Below, piece after piece: positions 18,051 to 26,975 of a DNA stretch of 44,287 bases; position 1 is the stretch's first letter; each line of letters opens with the position of its first letter. The notes beneath the pieces are model-generated. The model was given only the letters and a program-made list of their open reading frames with translations. It searched no databases and was not told the DNA's origin. This DNA is from a virus. Taxonomy: Duplodnaviria; Heunggongvirae; Uroviricota; Caudoviricetes. The position numbers and the translations under genes were made by a program. The stretch lies in IMG/VR virus record IMGVR_UViG_3300045051_000014. One strand, 5' to 3'.

Positions 18051-18667
18051 TCATTGGTTTCGTTGGCTTTATCGGCAGCGGCAAAGGAACTGTCGCGGAT
18101 ATCCTCACACACAAGTATGGTTTCAACAAGGAAAGTTTCGCGAACGCAGTGAAGGACGCGGTTGCTCCTATCTTTGGTTGGGATAGGAAACTGTTGGAAG
18201 GTGATACAAAGGAGTCGCGTGAGTGGCGTGAGACTCCTGATCCATGGTGGTCCGAGAAGTTGGGGCGGGAGTTCTCTCCTCGACTCGCCCTGCAACTTAT
18301 GGGAACAGAGAGTGGGCGTAATGTGTTCCACACGGACGTATGGGTGCTTTCCTTCCTTAGACGGACTGATCCGGCTAAGAACTACGTCCTCGCTGACGTT
18401 CGCTTTCCTAATGAGATTGACCTGATCCGTAACAACGGTGGCAAGGTTATTCGTGTAAAGCGTGGTCCGGAACCTGAGTGGTATGACACTGCGGAAGCCT
18501 ACAATGTCTCGACTAATTGGGATGGCAGTATGCAGCACATGAAAAAGTATCCTACGGTGCATTACTCCGAGTGGGCGTGGATTGGCAAGACCTTTGACGA
18601 TGAAATCACTAATTCTACTACGTTAGAAGACCTTGAGAAAAAGGTTGTGAAACTGATCCAACCGTGA
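18047..18667 (+). CDS. gp1: Deoxynucleoside monophosphate kinase
   Basis: GFIGSGKGT P-loop, SFANAVKD, PRLALQLMGTE, DVRFPNE. Confidence 0.9.
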   Translation: MIIGFVGFIGSGKGTVADILTHKYGFNKESFANAVKDAVAPIFGWDRKLLEGDTKESREWRETPDPWWSEKLGREFSPRLALQLMGTESGRNVFHTDVWVLSFLRRTDPAKNYVLADVRFPNEIDLIRNNGGKVIRVKRGPEPEWYDTAEAYNVSTNWDGSMQHMKKYPTVHYSEWAWIGKTFDDEITNSTTLEDLEKKVVKLIQP

Positions 18668-18673
18668 TATAAT
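18645..18673 (+). promoter_or_regulatory. Sigma70-type promoter for the gp45 operon
   Basis: TTGTGA-17-TATAAT with TGn extension. Confidence 0.6.
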
Positions 18674-18694
18674 GGATCAACCTTTGGAGTTATT

Positions 18695-19363
18695 ATGAAG
18701 CTAAGTGAACTGACAATTGAAATCCTCAAGAATTTTGCGACTCTAAATCAGTCGCTCATGTTTCGGAAGGGAAGCGAACTCGCGACCATTACAACAGGAA
18801 AGACTATCCTCGCAAATGCAAGAGTGGTAGAGTCCTTCCCTTCTGATTTCGCCCTCTACGATCTGAACAAGCTACTGGCAAAGCTGTCTCTCTACAAGGA
18901 TGCCGAGATTGAAGTAGAAACAGATCGACTCGTTCTTAAGTCTCCCGACTCTCGCCGCAAGGATTACATTAAGTTCTCCTCGCCCAAGATCATCACTGCG
19001 ATTCCACCCGACAAGAAATTGACGATGGACAATCCAGAGCATGAGTTTGAACTGAGCGCAGAAGACCTACTCTGGCAGCGTAAGTCTGCCGGTATCTCTG
19101 GCTCACCATTCATGATCTTCCGTGGCGACGGCAAGAAGATCCACATTCAGTCGAACGATCCGAAGGATGATTCTTCTGACATGTCTTCTACCGAGATTGG
19201 CAAGACTAAGGCAACCTTTGTCTACGTGATCAAGGTTGAGAACTGGAAGATGCTCGACGGTAACTATCGCGTCAAGCTTTGCAAGGGTCTTACGAAGTTC
19301 GAACACACCGAGAAGCCCGTCGAATACTACGTGGCGGCTGAAAAAGACCTCTCTACCTTCTAA
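18695..19363 (+). CDS. gp45: Sliding clamp
   Basis: MKLSELTIEILKNFATLNQS, FALYDLNKLL, C-terminal YYVAAE. Confidence 0.93.
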   Translation: MKLSELTIEILKNFATLNQSLMFRKGSELATITTGKTILANARVVESFPSDFALYDLNKLLAKLSLYKDAEIEVETDRLVLKSPDSRRKDYIKFSSPKIITAIPPDKKLTMDNPEHEFELSAEDLLWQRKSAGISGSPFMIFRGDGKKIHIQSNDPKDDSSDMSSTEIGKTKATFVYVIKVENWKMLDGNYRVKLCKGLTKFEHTEKPVEYYVAAEKDLSTF

Positions 19364-19375
19364 TAGGATATCACC

Positions 19376-19624
19376 ATGGCTAATTTTACACAGGCACAGA
19401 AAGTCGCTATCAAGAACTGTCTACAGGAAATCTCCAACTCGCTTACCCGTATGGAAGCCGAGCGGGAGAACATCCGTGAGATTGTCAACCGTTGCGCCAC
19501 CGAGTTCGAAATGAACAAGCGCATCACCCGCAAGCTAGCTCGTATCTTCCACAAGCGGAACATCGAAGAAGAGCGTGCGGAGCAGGAAGAAATCAACACG
19601 ACATACGATTTGGTAACGAAGTAA
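19376..19624 (+). CDS. dsbA: DsbA-like dsDNA-binding protein
   Basis: 82-aa helical protein with EISNS..E..I..RKLARIFHK..E..YD pattern like T4 DsbA. Confidence 0.7.
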   Translation: MANFTQAQKVAIKNCLQEISNSLTRMEAERENIREIVNRCATEFEMNKRITRKLARIFHKRNIEEERAEQEEINTTYDLVTK

Positions 19625-19661
19625 GTCTCAAAGATTAAGCTGAGACTTGGAGTGTTCGATC

Positions 19662-19940
19662 ATGAAAACCGGCATGGACGACACTCCCGTTATCGAAATC
19701 AATGACTACACCTATTACGTCTTCGAAGAGATAGAAAAACGTGGACTCCAATTTGCCCTGCCTAATGCATGGAAACCCATCTACCGCGAATTCCTCCGTA
19801 TGCGCAAGCAATACCGAAGAGAGATTCGCGAATACTGGTCCCAATCCGGTAGTTATCAAGACGACTTCGGAGATAAAGGAGCAGCGGTTAGAGAAGAAGA
19901 TTCGAAAACTAATAGTCCAACGCGACCACTGGAAGAGTGA
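19662..19940 (+). CDS. Hypothetical protein
   Basis: GGAG RBS then ATG 19662; overlaps the next ORF. Confidence 0.5.
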   Translation: MKTGMDDTPVIEINDYTYYVFEEIEKRGLQFALPNAWKPIYREFLRMRKQYRREIREYWSQSGSYQDDFGDKGAAVREEDSKTNSPTRPLEE

Positions 19941-20139
19941 ATACGACAGTCTCAAAAAGATGCTTAAAGTATATCCGTACATGGAACGGGACTATAAGAA
20001 GAATCAAGAGACTTACGCAAAGCTAAAACGTCTTAAAGAGATTGAACAAGTTTGGGATGCGATGCTCTATGAAAATCAAAGGCTCAAAGCGCAAGTCGAA
20101 GCCCTCCAAAAAGTCGCAGACGCTTACCAATATCCTTGA
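19741..20139 (+). CDS. Hypothetical coiled-coil protein (start uncertain)
   Basis: Protein-like helical C-terminal 90 aa, but no canonical start near its apparent beginning. Confidence 0.5.
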   Translation: MDSNLPCLMHGNPSTANSSVCASNTEERFANTGPNPVVIKTTSEIKEQRLEKKIRKLIVQRDHWKSEYDSLKKMLKVYPYMERDYKKNQETYAKLKRLKEIEQVWDAMLYENQRLKAQVEALQKVADAYQYP

Positions 20140-20317
20140 CTTTACCAACTCAAGAGACTATTATGGTGTAGTGGTCAAGGGTAAACTACAACCTGACGCT
20201 GATAACCCTTATCTGTATAAGCTAGATGAAATTGATGATTTGCGTGTGGATTATCCGCGTGCGAAAGTTGTGAAAATACGCTTGACATACCATGTCATAG
20301 CAGAGGTTACATTATGA
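20069..20317 (+). CDS. Hypothetical protein
   Basis: Its stop overlaps the gp44 ATG (ATGA); basic N-terminus. Confidence 0.5.
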   Translation: MKIKGSKRKSKPSKKSQTLTNILDFTNSRDYYGVVVKGKLQPDADNPYLYKLDEIDDLRVDYPRAKVVKIRLTYHVIAEVTL

Positions 20318-21246
20318 GCAGTTTGTGGGTTGAGAAGTATCGTCCTAAGACTATTGAGGATTGCGTTCTACCAGACCGCCTCAAATCGGTGTTTTCAGAA
20401 TTCGTCAAAAGTGGCGAAATACCACATCTAATCCTTGCAGGTACCGCAGGCACCGGTAAGACCACCGTGGCGCGTGCGCTATGCGAGCAGTTGGGTATGG
20501 ACTACCTGTTTCTCAACGGCTCCGATGAAAACGGTATCGACACGTTCCGCATGAAGATCAAGGGTTACGCATCTTCGCTATCCCTGACCGGCGACAAGAA
20601 AGCTATCATCATTGACGAGGCTGACTACCTGAATCCTAATTCGGTGCAGCCTGCGCTCCGTGGTGCGATGGAAGAGTTCGAAGACAACTGCCGATTCATC
20701 TTCACATGTAACTACAAGAACCGTATCATCGAACCGCTGCACTCGCGCTCGACTGTGATTGATTACAGACTGAAAGCCGAAGAGAAGCCGAAGATGGCGC
20801 GGGACTTCATGCGCAACATCGAAGGTATCCTCAAGTCTGAGGGTGTGCCTTACGATGCGAAGGTGCTTGCTCAGTTCATCATGAAGCACTTCCCCGACTT
20901 CCGCAAGACCATCAACGAGCTACAGACCTATGCGCTGCATGGTGAAATCAATGCGGGTATTCTGTCTGCGTCGGCTGACGTATCACTCACAGACCTAGTT
21001 CGCGCCCTCAAGGATCGCAACTTCCGTGATATGCGGCAGTGGGTTGCACAGCATGGCAACGATGACCCGTCGCGCCTCTACCGTAAGATCTACGACTCGC
21101 TGTATGACATTCTCAAGAAGGAAGCGATTCCGCCTGCGGTCATCATCCTTGCGAAGTACCAGTATCAGGCAGCGTTCGTTGCGGATCAGGAACTCAATCT
21201 CACCGCATGTCTCACTGAGCTAATGGCAGAGTGTGAGTTTGCGTGA
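20314..21246 (+). CDS. gp44: Clamp loader large (AAA+) subunit
   Basis: LWVEKYRP, GTAGTGKTT, IIDEADYL, PLHSR, FPDFRKTINELQ. Confidence 0.97.
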   Translation: MSSLWVEKYRPKTIEDCVLPDRLKSVFSEFVKSGEIPHLILAGTAGTGKTTVARALCEQLGMDYLFLNGSDENGIDTFRMKIKGYASSLSLTGDKKAIIIDEADYLNPNSVQPALRGAMEEFEDNCRFIFTCNYKNRIIEPLHSRSTVIDYRLKAEEKPKMARDFMRNIEGILKSEGVPYDAKVLAQFIMKHFPDFRKTINELQTYALHGEINAGILSASADVSLTDLVRALKDRNFRDMRQWVAQHGNDDPSRLYRKIYDSLYDILKKEAIPPAVIILAKYQYQAAFVADQELNLTACLTELMAECEFA

Positions 21247-21635
21247 TCACCTACACCGTCTTTGGTGAAGAAGTTGTCGCATCTATGGTTTGTAAGATTT
21301 GCGGCGAAGAGAAACCTATAAACCAATTTGGCGAACACCATAGAAAGAGTGACAATGCGATAGTTCGCGATAGTCGCTGCATGAAGTGTAAATCTAATCA
21401 ATCCAAACATGTAAAGTATTTGAGGTCTATATCACCACCACAGCCGCTTTGTTGTGAGTTGTGTGGTAAGCGCACAAAGAAGTTTGATTTGGATCATGAT
21501 CATGATACTGGTGAGTTTCGTGGTTGGTTGTGTGGTCCTTGTAACAAGAGTTTGGGACATTTTGGTGATTCTGTAGAAGGTTTACAGAAAGCAATCTTAT
21601 ACCTAGAAACTCATAGGATGAAGCAACATGGCTGA
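21243..21635 (+). CDS. EndoVII-type His-Me endonuclease, probable homing endonuclease
   Basis: CELCG..DLDHDHDTGEFRGWLCGPCNKSLG with N-terminal CKICGEEK..F..C zinc motif; visibly AT-richer than its flanks. Confidence 0.85.
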   Translation: MITYTVFGEEVVASMVCKICGEEKPINQFGEHHRKSDNAIVRDSRCMKCKSNQSKHVKYLRSISPPQPLCCELCGKRTKKFDLDHDHDTGEFRGWLCGPCNKSLGHFGDSVEGLQKAILYLETHRMKQHG

Positions 21636-22008
21636 CCTGTTCAAAGAAATCCTGCCGTCGATCCTGCAAACGAAGCGGTCTGTAATGCTCACGGAGCAGG
21701 ACGAGAAATCGTACCCTGCGTTCGTGGTGAACCGCGCCCTGTCGCAGTTCGCGGATACGGTGTTCTTTGCCAATGCCATCAACTACTATCCTAATCTGGA
21801 TAACAAACTCAAATACGACTTTCTACTAAATACTGTTAAGCCTTACCGTCGCCCGTTTTCTAAATGGGCTAAGAAGGTGGAGACAGTTGATTTGGCGGTT
21901 GTAAAAGAATACTATGGATACTCAGATGCAAAGGCACTGGAAGCCCTCCGGATTCTGACTCCCGACCAGATTAACTCACTGAAAAAAGAATTAGACAAAG
22001 GTGAGTAA
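21628..22008 (+). CDS. gp62: Clamp loader small subunit
   Basis: YPAFVVNRALS, YDFLLN..R.FSKWAK, VKEYYGYSDAKA. Confidence 0.93.
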   Translation: MADLFKEILPSILQTKRSVMLTEQDEKSYPAFVVNRALSQFADTVFFANAINYYPNLDNKLKYDFLLNTVKPYRRPFSKWAKKVETVDLAVVKEYYGYSDAKALEALRILTPDQINSLKKELDKGE

Positions 22009-22010
22009 TC

Positions 22011-22427
22011 ATGAGCCTAGAAAAACTAGTGGAAGTCGAATTAGCCGAGAAGAACGACTTCCTGAAAGTCCGTGAAACCCTGACCCGTATTGGGGTTGCT
22101 GCGAAGAACCAAAACGTCCTGTATCAGTCCTGCCATATCCTGCACAAGCAGGGGCGGTACTACATCGTCCACTTCAAGGAACTGTTCGAACTGGACGGCA
22201 AGCCTGCATCCATTTCCGAGAATGACGTTGCCCGTCGTAATACCATTGCGAACCTGATGGCAGAGTGGGGATTGGTCAAGCTGTCTAATCCTACGAAGTC
22301 TGCGGATCCTGTTGCACCACTAAGCCAGATCAAGATTCTTCCTCACAAGGATAAGAACGACTGGCAGTTGGTTGCGAAGTACAATATCGGTAAGAAGAAG
22401 CGAGAGGATTCCCCTCCGCAGCATTGA
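22011..22427 (+). CDS. regA: Translational repressor RegA
   Basis: DFLKVRETLTRIGVA, LYQSCHILHKQGRYYIVHFKELF. Confidence 0.97.
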   Translation: MSLEKLVEVELAEKNDFLKVRETLTRIGVAAKNQNVLYQSCHILHKQGRYYIVHFKELFELDGKPASISENDVARRNTIANLMAEWGLVKLSNPTKSADPVAPLSQIKILPHKDKNDWQLVAKYNIGKKKREDSPPQH

Positions 22428-22440
22428 ATTGGAGTTTATT

Positions 22441-23019
22441 ATGAATCATGTGGTTATCCGATTGTTCCGCCTCTCCGACGAAGTTCCTGTGCCTGCCTAT
22501 GGTACAACCATGGCAGCGTGCTTCGATCTATCCTTTCAGCCGACAGGTCGATATTCCATTCAGGGCTATAACAACCAGAATGAACCTATTGACGCGATGG
22601 TGTATTCTGGTGTCTGTGATATCAATCCCGGCGACCGTCTATTGGTCCCAACAGGATTGGTCGCACAGATTGTCGATCAGGCACAAGTGGATTACTATGC
22701 GTATCCGACGCACTATCCGGCTCCATCCCTAGAGAATCTTGCGTCTTACTCCATTCGCATTCATGCGCGTTCTGGAATGTCACTCAAGAATGGATTGATC
22801 CTCGCCAACTCCGAGGGCGTGGTAGATGTAGACTATCAGAAAGAGATATTCGTAATGCTAACCAACATTAGCAATAGGACGCAACGAATTAAAACCGGCG
22901 ACCGAATCGCGCAAGCCGAAGTTGTGCGGAACTACATTGCCACATTTCAATTAGTAAAAGACCAACCGAAGGGCTACTCGGAGCGCGATGGTGGATTCGG
23001 TTCGACTGGACATTCCTAA
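22441..23019 (+). CDS. dut: Trimeric dUTPase
   Basis: AACFDL, RSG, GVVDVDY, GDRIAQ, RDGGFGSTG; GGAG RBS before ATG 22441. Confidence 0.92.
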   Translation: MNHVVIRLFRLSDEVPVPAYGTTMAACFDLSFQPTGRYSIQGYNNQNEPIDAMVYSGVCDINPGDRLLVPTGLVAQIVDQAQVDYYAYPTHYPAPSLENLASYSIRIHARSGMSLKNGLILANSEGVVDVDYQKEIFVMLTNISNRTQRIKTGDRIAQAEVVRNYIATFQLVKDQPKGYSERDGGFGSTGHS

Positions 23020-23080
23020 TTCCTTGTGGTAATATGTTAAGTGATACACATCGTATCTACTAATAAGGGAAGGGAATAAG

Positions 23081-23350
23081 ATGAAACGAGTATTAGTTCT
23101 AATCGCGGCAGCACTGTTTGCCACGGCAGCGGTTGCTGCGCCGCCGAAGTATGTTTGTTGGGACGGCACGACAGTCAAGACTCCTACGAAGTGTCCCGCC
23201 TACAAGCTCCCCGTAGTTTGTCCAGACGGCACAGTTGTATCGGATCCTGTAAAATGTCCACCACTGATTGTCTGTCCGGATGGCACGATCACTCACGATC
23301 AAACCACATGTCCACCACTGCCGCCAGTAGATTCTGCGGTAGCTAAGTGA
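23081..23350 (+). CDS. Secreted Cys/Pro-rich protein with three VCxDGT..CP repeats
   Basis: Signal peptide (..ATAAVA); VCWDGTTVKTPTKCP, VCPDGTVVSDPVKCP, VCPDGTITHDQTTCP. Confidence 0.8.
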   Translation: MKRVLVLIAAALFATAAVAAPPKYVCWDGTTVKTPTKCPAYKLPVVCPDGTVVSDPVKCPPLIVCPDGTITHDQTTCPPLPPVDSAVAK

Positions 23351-23357
23351 GATTAGG

Positions 23358-23388
23358 CAAATGCCGGTGTAACAACCGGCATTTGTTT
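23358..23388 (+). terminator. Terminator hairpin
   Basis: CAAATGCCGGT-gtaaca-ACCGGCATTTG followed by TTT. Confidence 0.75.
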
Positions 23389-23415
23389 GATTAGTGGTTG
23401 CGTTTGTGTTATACT
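23387..23415 (+). promoter_or_regulatory. Sigma70-type promoter
   Basis: TTGATT-17-TATACT with TGn extension. Confidence 0.65.
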
Positions 23416-23444
23416 AGAAGCTGATCCTTTGCTATGGAACTAAT

Positions 23445-24017
23445 ATGAATTGGGATGAACTGTTTATCAAGATGGCATTTCTCGTTTCCGAGAAAAGCAA
23501 GGATCCGTCCACTAAGGTAGGTTGCGTACTTGTCTCCAAAGACAATGCCGTGCTGTCTACTGGATTCAACGGATTCCCTCGCGGCGTGAAAGAGGAAGAG
23601 TCCTACATGGAACAGGTCGCGGACTATCCTGCGTTCTATCCTGAGAAGAGACTGATTCCTGATCGTTGGGCGCGTCCTGCGAAGTATTCGTGGATCGAAC
23701 ACGCGGAGCGCAATGCAATCTACAATGCCGCAAGAGCAGGCGTAAAGATCGCAGGAGCAAAGGCTTATCTCAATTGGGAACCACAGCCTTGCGCCGATTG
23801 CTGCCGTGGACTCATTCAGGCAGGCATCATTGAAATCATTGGACCGGATATTCCGTTCCGTGGCGCAGGTGCAGGCGTGTCTTACCACCTAGACTTTGCG
23901 AAGGTCATGTGTCAAGAATCCGGAGTGATTCAGCGTAGCGTTCCGTGGGAGAAGCACATCGACTACAAGAAAGAGTACGAAGAACTGCGCTTCCGTATGG
24001 ATGGGTTAGAGAAATGA
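23445..24017 (+). CDS. cd: dCMP deaminase
   Basis: SKDPSTKVGC, TGFNGFPRG, HAERNAI, PCADC. Confidence 0.92.
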   Translation: MNWDELFIKMAFLVSEKSKDPSTKVGCVLVSKDNAVLSTGFNGFPRGVKEEESYMEQVADYPAFYPEKRLIPDRWARPAKYSWIEHAERNAIYNAARAGVKIAGAKAYLNWEPQPCADCCRGLIQAGIIEIIGPDIPFRGAGAGVSYHLDFAKVMCQESGVIQRSVPWEKHIDYKKEYEELRFRMDGLEK

Positions 24018-24205
24018 TTCCGGGTTGGGTATTGATTCTTTCCATGGCAGGAACGCAGGGTGTAGCCCTTGCATATGTGCCGTTCATTACCAGAGAAGCC
24101 TGTGTCGCTGCCGGTGAGCAGTGGATGCAAAAGACTTTCCCCGGTATCGACAAATACTCTTTCCGACTGGTTACACCGAATTATATTTGCGTGAGTACAC
24201 AATGA
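24014..24205 (+). CDS. Small hypothetical protein (hydrophobic N-terminus, two Cys)
   Basis: ATGA-coupled at both ends. Confidence 0.6.
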   Translation: MIPGWVLILSMAGTQGVALAYVPFITREACVAAGEQWMQKTFPGIDKYSFRLVTPNYICVSTQ

Positions 24206-24726
24206 TCACTACCATCTACCTCGACATGGACGATGTTCTTACGGACTTCTCCAACACCTATCACAAGGTCATTAAAATCGACCCACGCACCATTCAGCCC
24301 GACCAATGGGAAGAGAATTGGGAGAAGTGGATCAAGGGTAGAAACTTTGTCACTCAGCCGATGCTTCCCGGCGCGAACCTGCTGCTAGGTTACATTGGCG
24401 CATTAGGAGTGAAGACCGAGATTCTTTCCTCGACGGGTGGACCGGACTTCTACGATGAAATCGTCGCACAGAAGAAAGAGTGGCTTGAGCGTTGGGGAAT
24501 CAACTACCATGCGAACTTCTGCCCCGGTAAGAAGTTCAAGAGCGAATTCGCGACTCCGCACCGACTGCTGATTGACGACCAGAAGGGTATCATTCAGAAG
24601 TTCTGCGATGCCGGTGGCTACGGTGTGTGCCATGAAGGTGACACGGTGGATGCGATGAACAACACCATCGAACGAATTCATATATTGGTCAACCTGTTAG
24701 GATATAAGAAGTATGTGGCACCCTAA
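24202..24726 (+). CDS. HAD-family 5'(3')-deoxyribonucleotidase-like protein
   Basis: IYLDMDDVLTDF motif I, ILSS, KKEWL, LLIDD. Confidence 0.85.
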   Translation: MITTIYLDMDDVLTDFSNTYHKVIKIDPRTIQPDQWEENWEKWIKGRNFVTQPMLPGANLLLGYIGALGVKTEILSSTGGPDFYDEIVAQKKEWLERWGINYHANFCPGKKFKSEFATPHRLLIDDQKGIIQKFCDAGGYGVCHEGDTVDAMNNTIERIHILVNLLGYKKYVAP

Positions 24727-25096
24727 GATGCGTGGTTACATGTATCAGATCGTGGAAATGTTTCCCATCGAAGAGGGTAACGGAATCCGCGAACTGCACG
24801 TTTACGACCGTCTGGAAGACGCAGAGGCGGTCATGGCAGTTCTGGAATCGGTGAATTACAACTTCACTTGTTATGCAATGATCATGGTCCCGGTTTGGGA
24901 AGACGAGCGCCAACGCAAGCATGTTGCGGCGCGGGAGAAGCGGCGAGAGGAACTTGAAAACGGTTGGGATGCCAACGGCAGTCCGGTCTTCGCTCCCTGC
25001 GACCACAACGGTTCTACGTCCACTCTTTCTACGGACGGCAAGTATCGTTTCTGGTGTCCGAAGTGCGGCGTGAAGTACGGTAAGGATTTCGAATGA
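24713..25096 (+). CDS. Hypothetical protein with C-terminal zinc ribbon
   Basis: PCDH..WCPKCG; start uncertain. Confidence 0.6.
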   Translation: MWHPKMRGYMYQIVEMFPIEEGNGIRELHVYDRLEDAEAVMAVLESVNYNFTCYAMIMVPVWEDERQRKHVAAREKRREELENGWDANGSPVFAPCDHNGSTSTLSTDGKYRFWCPKCGVKYGKDFE

Positions 25097-25758
25097 TCAA
25101 GGTTGCTCGCCAAGGCAAGCTGATTCGTTTCTGGTCAGTCAAAAAGAAACCGTATGGTTGGACTGAGATTGCCTATATCTCGTTCAAGATTTCGGGATTG
25201 AAAGCTACTATGGAATTCCCGTCTGATTGGCATGAGGATGCACGACTCTGGTTCACATTTGGATTCGGGTTGTTTTCGTTAGGCTTCTCATTCCCTTGGA
25301 AGTGGGTTGTGCCTGACGAATATCAATGCTCCGGTCCTACGTATGGTTTCAGTTTCTTCGGTGATCTTCTGTTCATCTATTACGGTAAGAGCAAAGGCAC
25401 ACGCGACGATCCGATGAAGGCGTTCAACATGCCGTGGTCATGGGGAGTCAACAAGGAACACAAAATCCTTAGTGAGCCTGAGACACACGACTTTGCGTAT
25501 ATGCTTAGAAATGGTGAGTTTCAGAAGCGTAAGGCAACGATTCGCAAAGAGTCCCGCCTCTGGACTCGCTATTGGATTCCGTGGCGTAAATATTATGAAT
25601 ACATCGACATTCAGTTTGATCAGGAAGTCGGTGAGAAGAGTGGAAGTTGGAAGGGTGGCGTGCTAGGCATGAGCCACACAATGCTTCCCGGTGAAGAGCC
25701 GGTGGACACTCTAAGGCGACTTGAGTATGAATGCTTCATCCGGAAAGAGAAGATATAA
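25093..25758 (+). CDS. Hypothetical aromatic-rich protein
   Basis: 221-aa coupled ORF; EVGEKSGSWKGG. Confidence 0.65.
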   Translation: MIKVARQGKLIRFWSVKKKPYGWTEIAYISFKISGLKATMEFPSDWHEDARLWFTFGFGLFSLGFSFPWKWVVPDEYQCSGPTYGFSFFGDLLFIYYGKSKGTRDDPMKAFNMPWSWGVNKEHKILSEPETHDFAYMLRNGEFQKRKATIRKESRLWTRYWIPWRKYYEYIDIQFDQEVGEKSGSWKGGVLGMSHTMLPGEEPVDTLRRLEYECFIRKEKI

Positions 25759-25759
25759 G

Positions 25760-25954
25760 ATGTTGGAGTATATTAAAAAACATTGGGGTAAACTTCTAAT
25801 CGCTGCTATTGGATTGATTCCTTTCGGCGCAGCAGTTCTTTACTTCATATACTTTGCTATTACGACTTATCCTGCTGTAGTGGTGGGTATGATAATTTGG
25901 GTGTGCTGTCTGATTACCTTCAATAACCTCTCAGAAGGAAGATTTCGAAAATGA
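25760..25954 (+). CDS. Small two-TM membrane protein
   Basis: MLEYIKKHWGKLLIAAIGLIPFGAAVLYFIYFAI..VVVGMIIWVCCLI. Confidence 0.6.
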   Translation: MLEYIKKHWGKLLIAAIGLIPFGAAVLYFIYFAITTYPAVVVGMIIWVCCLITFNNLSEGRFRK

Positions 25955-26670
25955 AAGTTTGGATCGGCGGATATCGACACCACTGGACTACGCAGCGTGC
26001 AGAGCAGCGTTGGTACAAGTGGCGTTACGACAAGTGGGATTGGGAAGTCGAAGAGGAAAATCGCGACCTGTGGGATCATGCGTTTGAGACTACCATGGGA
26101 ATCTGGCGCATTCTTGTTTGCCGTCCGGTCAACTGGATCAAGAACAAGATTCCACGCATTCAGTACATCAAGATCGACCGCTACGATACGTGGAGCATGG
26201 ACTCGACACTGACTCCCATCATTCTACCGATGCTCAAAAAGCTGAAAGCAGAAAAGCATGGTGATCCATTCACCGACGATGCTGACGTTCCAGAGCATCT
26301 GCGTTCGACTGCTGCGCCACCGAAAGAGAACGAATGGGACACCGATGAATTCCACTCCGCACGTTGGGACTGGATCATGGACGAAATGATTTGGGCGTTT
26401 GAGCAGTTGAACGATCCAGACAATGACGATCAGTTCCGCAAAGGTGAAATGGACATTCTATGGCAAGCCTATGACAAGGATGACAATAAGATCGGTGAGC
26501 CACAAGAGTTGAGCGCACGCGAAAAGATCAAGGGTGTAACTCACTATCAGATGGTGGATGGTCCGAAACACACGATGGTCACGGATTATGAAGCCATGAA
26601 AGCGCACCATGCCCGAATTGCAAATGGTCTAAGACTATTCGGAGTCTACTTCCGTGCGCTATGGGACTGA
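25951..26670 (+). CDS. Conserved T4-like hypothetical protein
   Basis: IDRYDTWSMDSTL..IILPMLKKLK, WDWIMDEMIWAF, GLRLFGVYFRALWD pattern. Confidence 0.8.
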   Translation: MKVWIGGYRHHWTTQRAEQRWYKWRYDKWDWEVEEENRDLWDHAFETTMGIWRILVCRPVNWIKNKIPRIQYIKIDRYDTWSMDSTLTPIILPMLKKLKAEKHGDPFTDDADVPEHLRSTAAPPKENEWDTDEFHSARWDWIMDEMIWAFEQLNDPDNDDQFRKGEMDILWQAYDKDDNKIGEPQELSAREKIKGVTHYQMVDGPKHTMVTDYEAMKAHHARIANGLRLFGVYFRALWD

Positions 26671-26690
26671 TCACGTAATTTACCATAAGT

Positions 26691-26724
26691 GCGGGAATGT
26701 CTCGGTGGACGTTTCCCGCCTTTT
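26691..26724 (+). terminator. Probable terminator before the early control region
   Basis: GCGGGAA-TGTC..GACG-T-TTCCCGC hairpin followed by CTTTT. Confidence 0.5.
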
Positions 26725-26869
26725 CCGGCACCCTAGGGTGAAGGCTCAAATTAGAGCCATTGCCAATATAAGACGATTAGAGACACTTTCCGGTCCTACC
26801 CGCTACCCTGATGCCTCTAACCCCGTAATACGCTCAGAAACGATCCTAGGCGGTCCTAGACCCCACCCC

Positions 26870-26975
26870 TAAGTCCTTGATTTATAAGGAGAAATAGCCT
26901 GAAATTAGGGATATCGTAAGTCCTTGATTCTATTAGGGTTTTCAATATTGCACTTTTCGTCGGTTTTGCTATACT
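26870..26975 (+). promoter_or_regulatory. Tandem IHF-consensus sites plus promoter (class A, copy 3)
   Basis: TAAGTCCTTGATT at 26870 and 26917; TTGCAC 31 nt after the second; 16-nt spacer; TGc-TATACT. Confidence 0.75.

Noticed and set aside
26654-26872. 72-aa plus-strand ORF
   Set aside because: No clear RBS, and it runs through a terminator-like hairpin and palindromes; treated as regulatory DNA.
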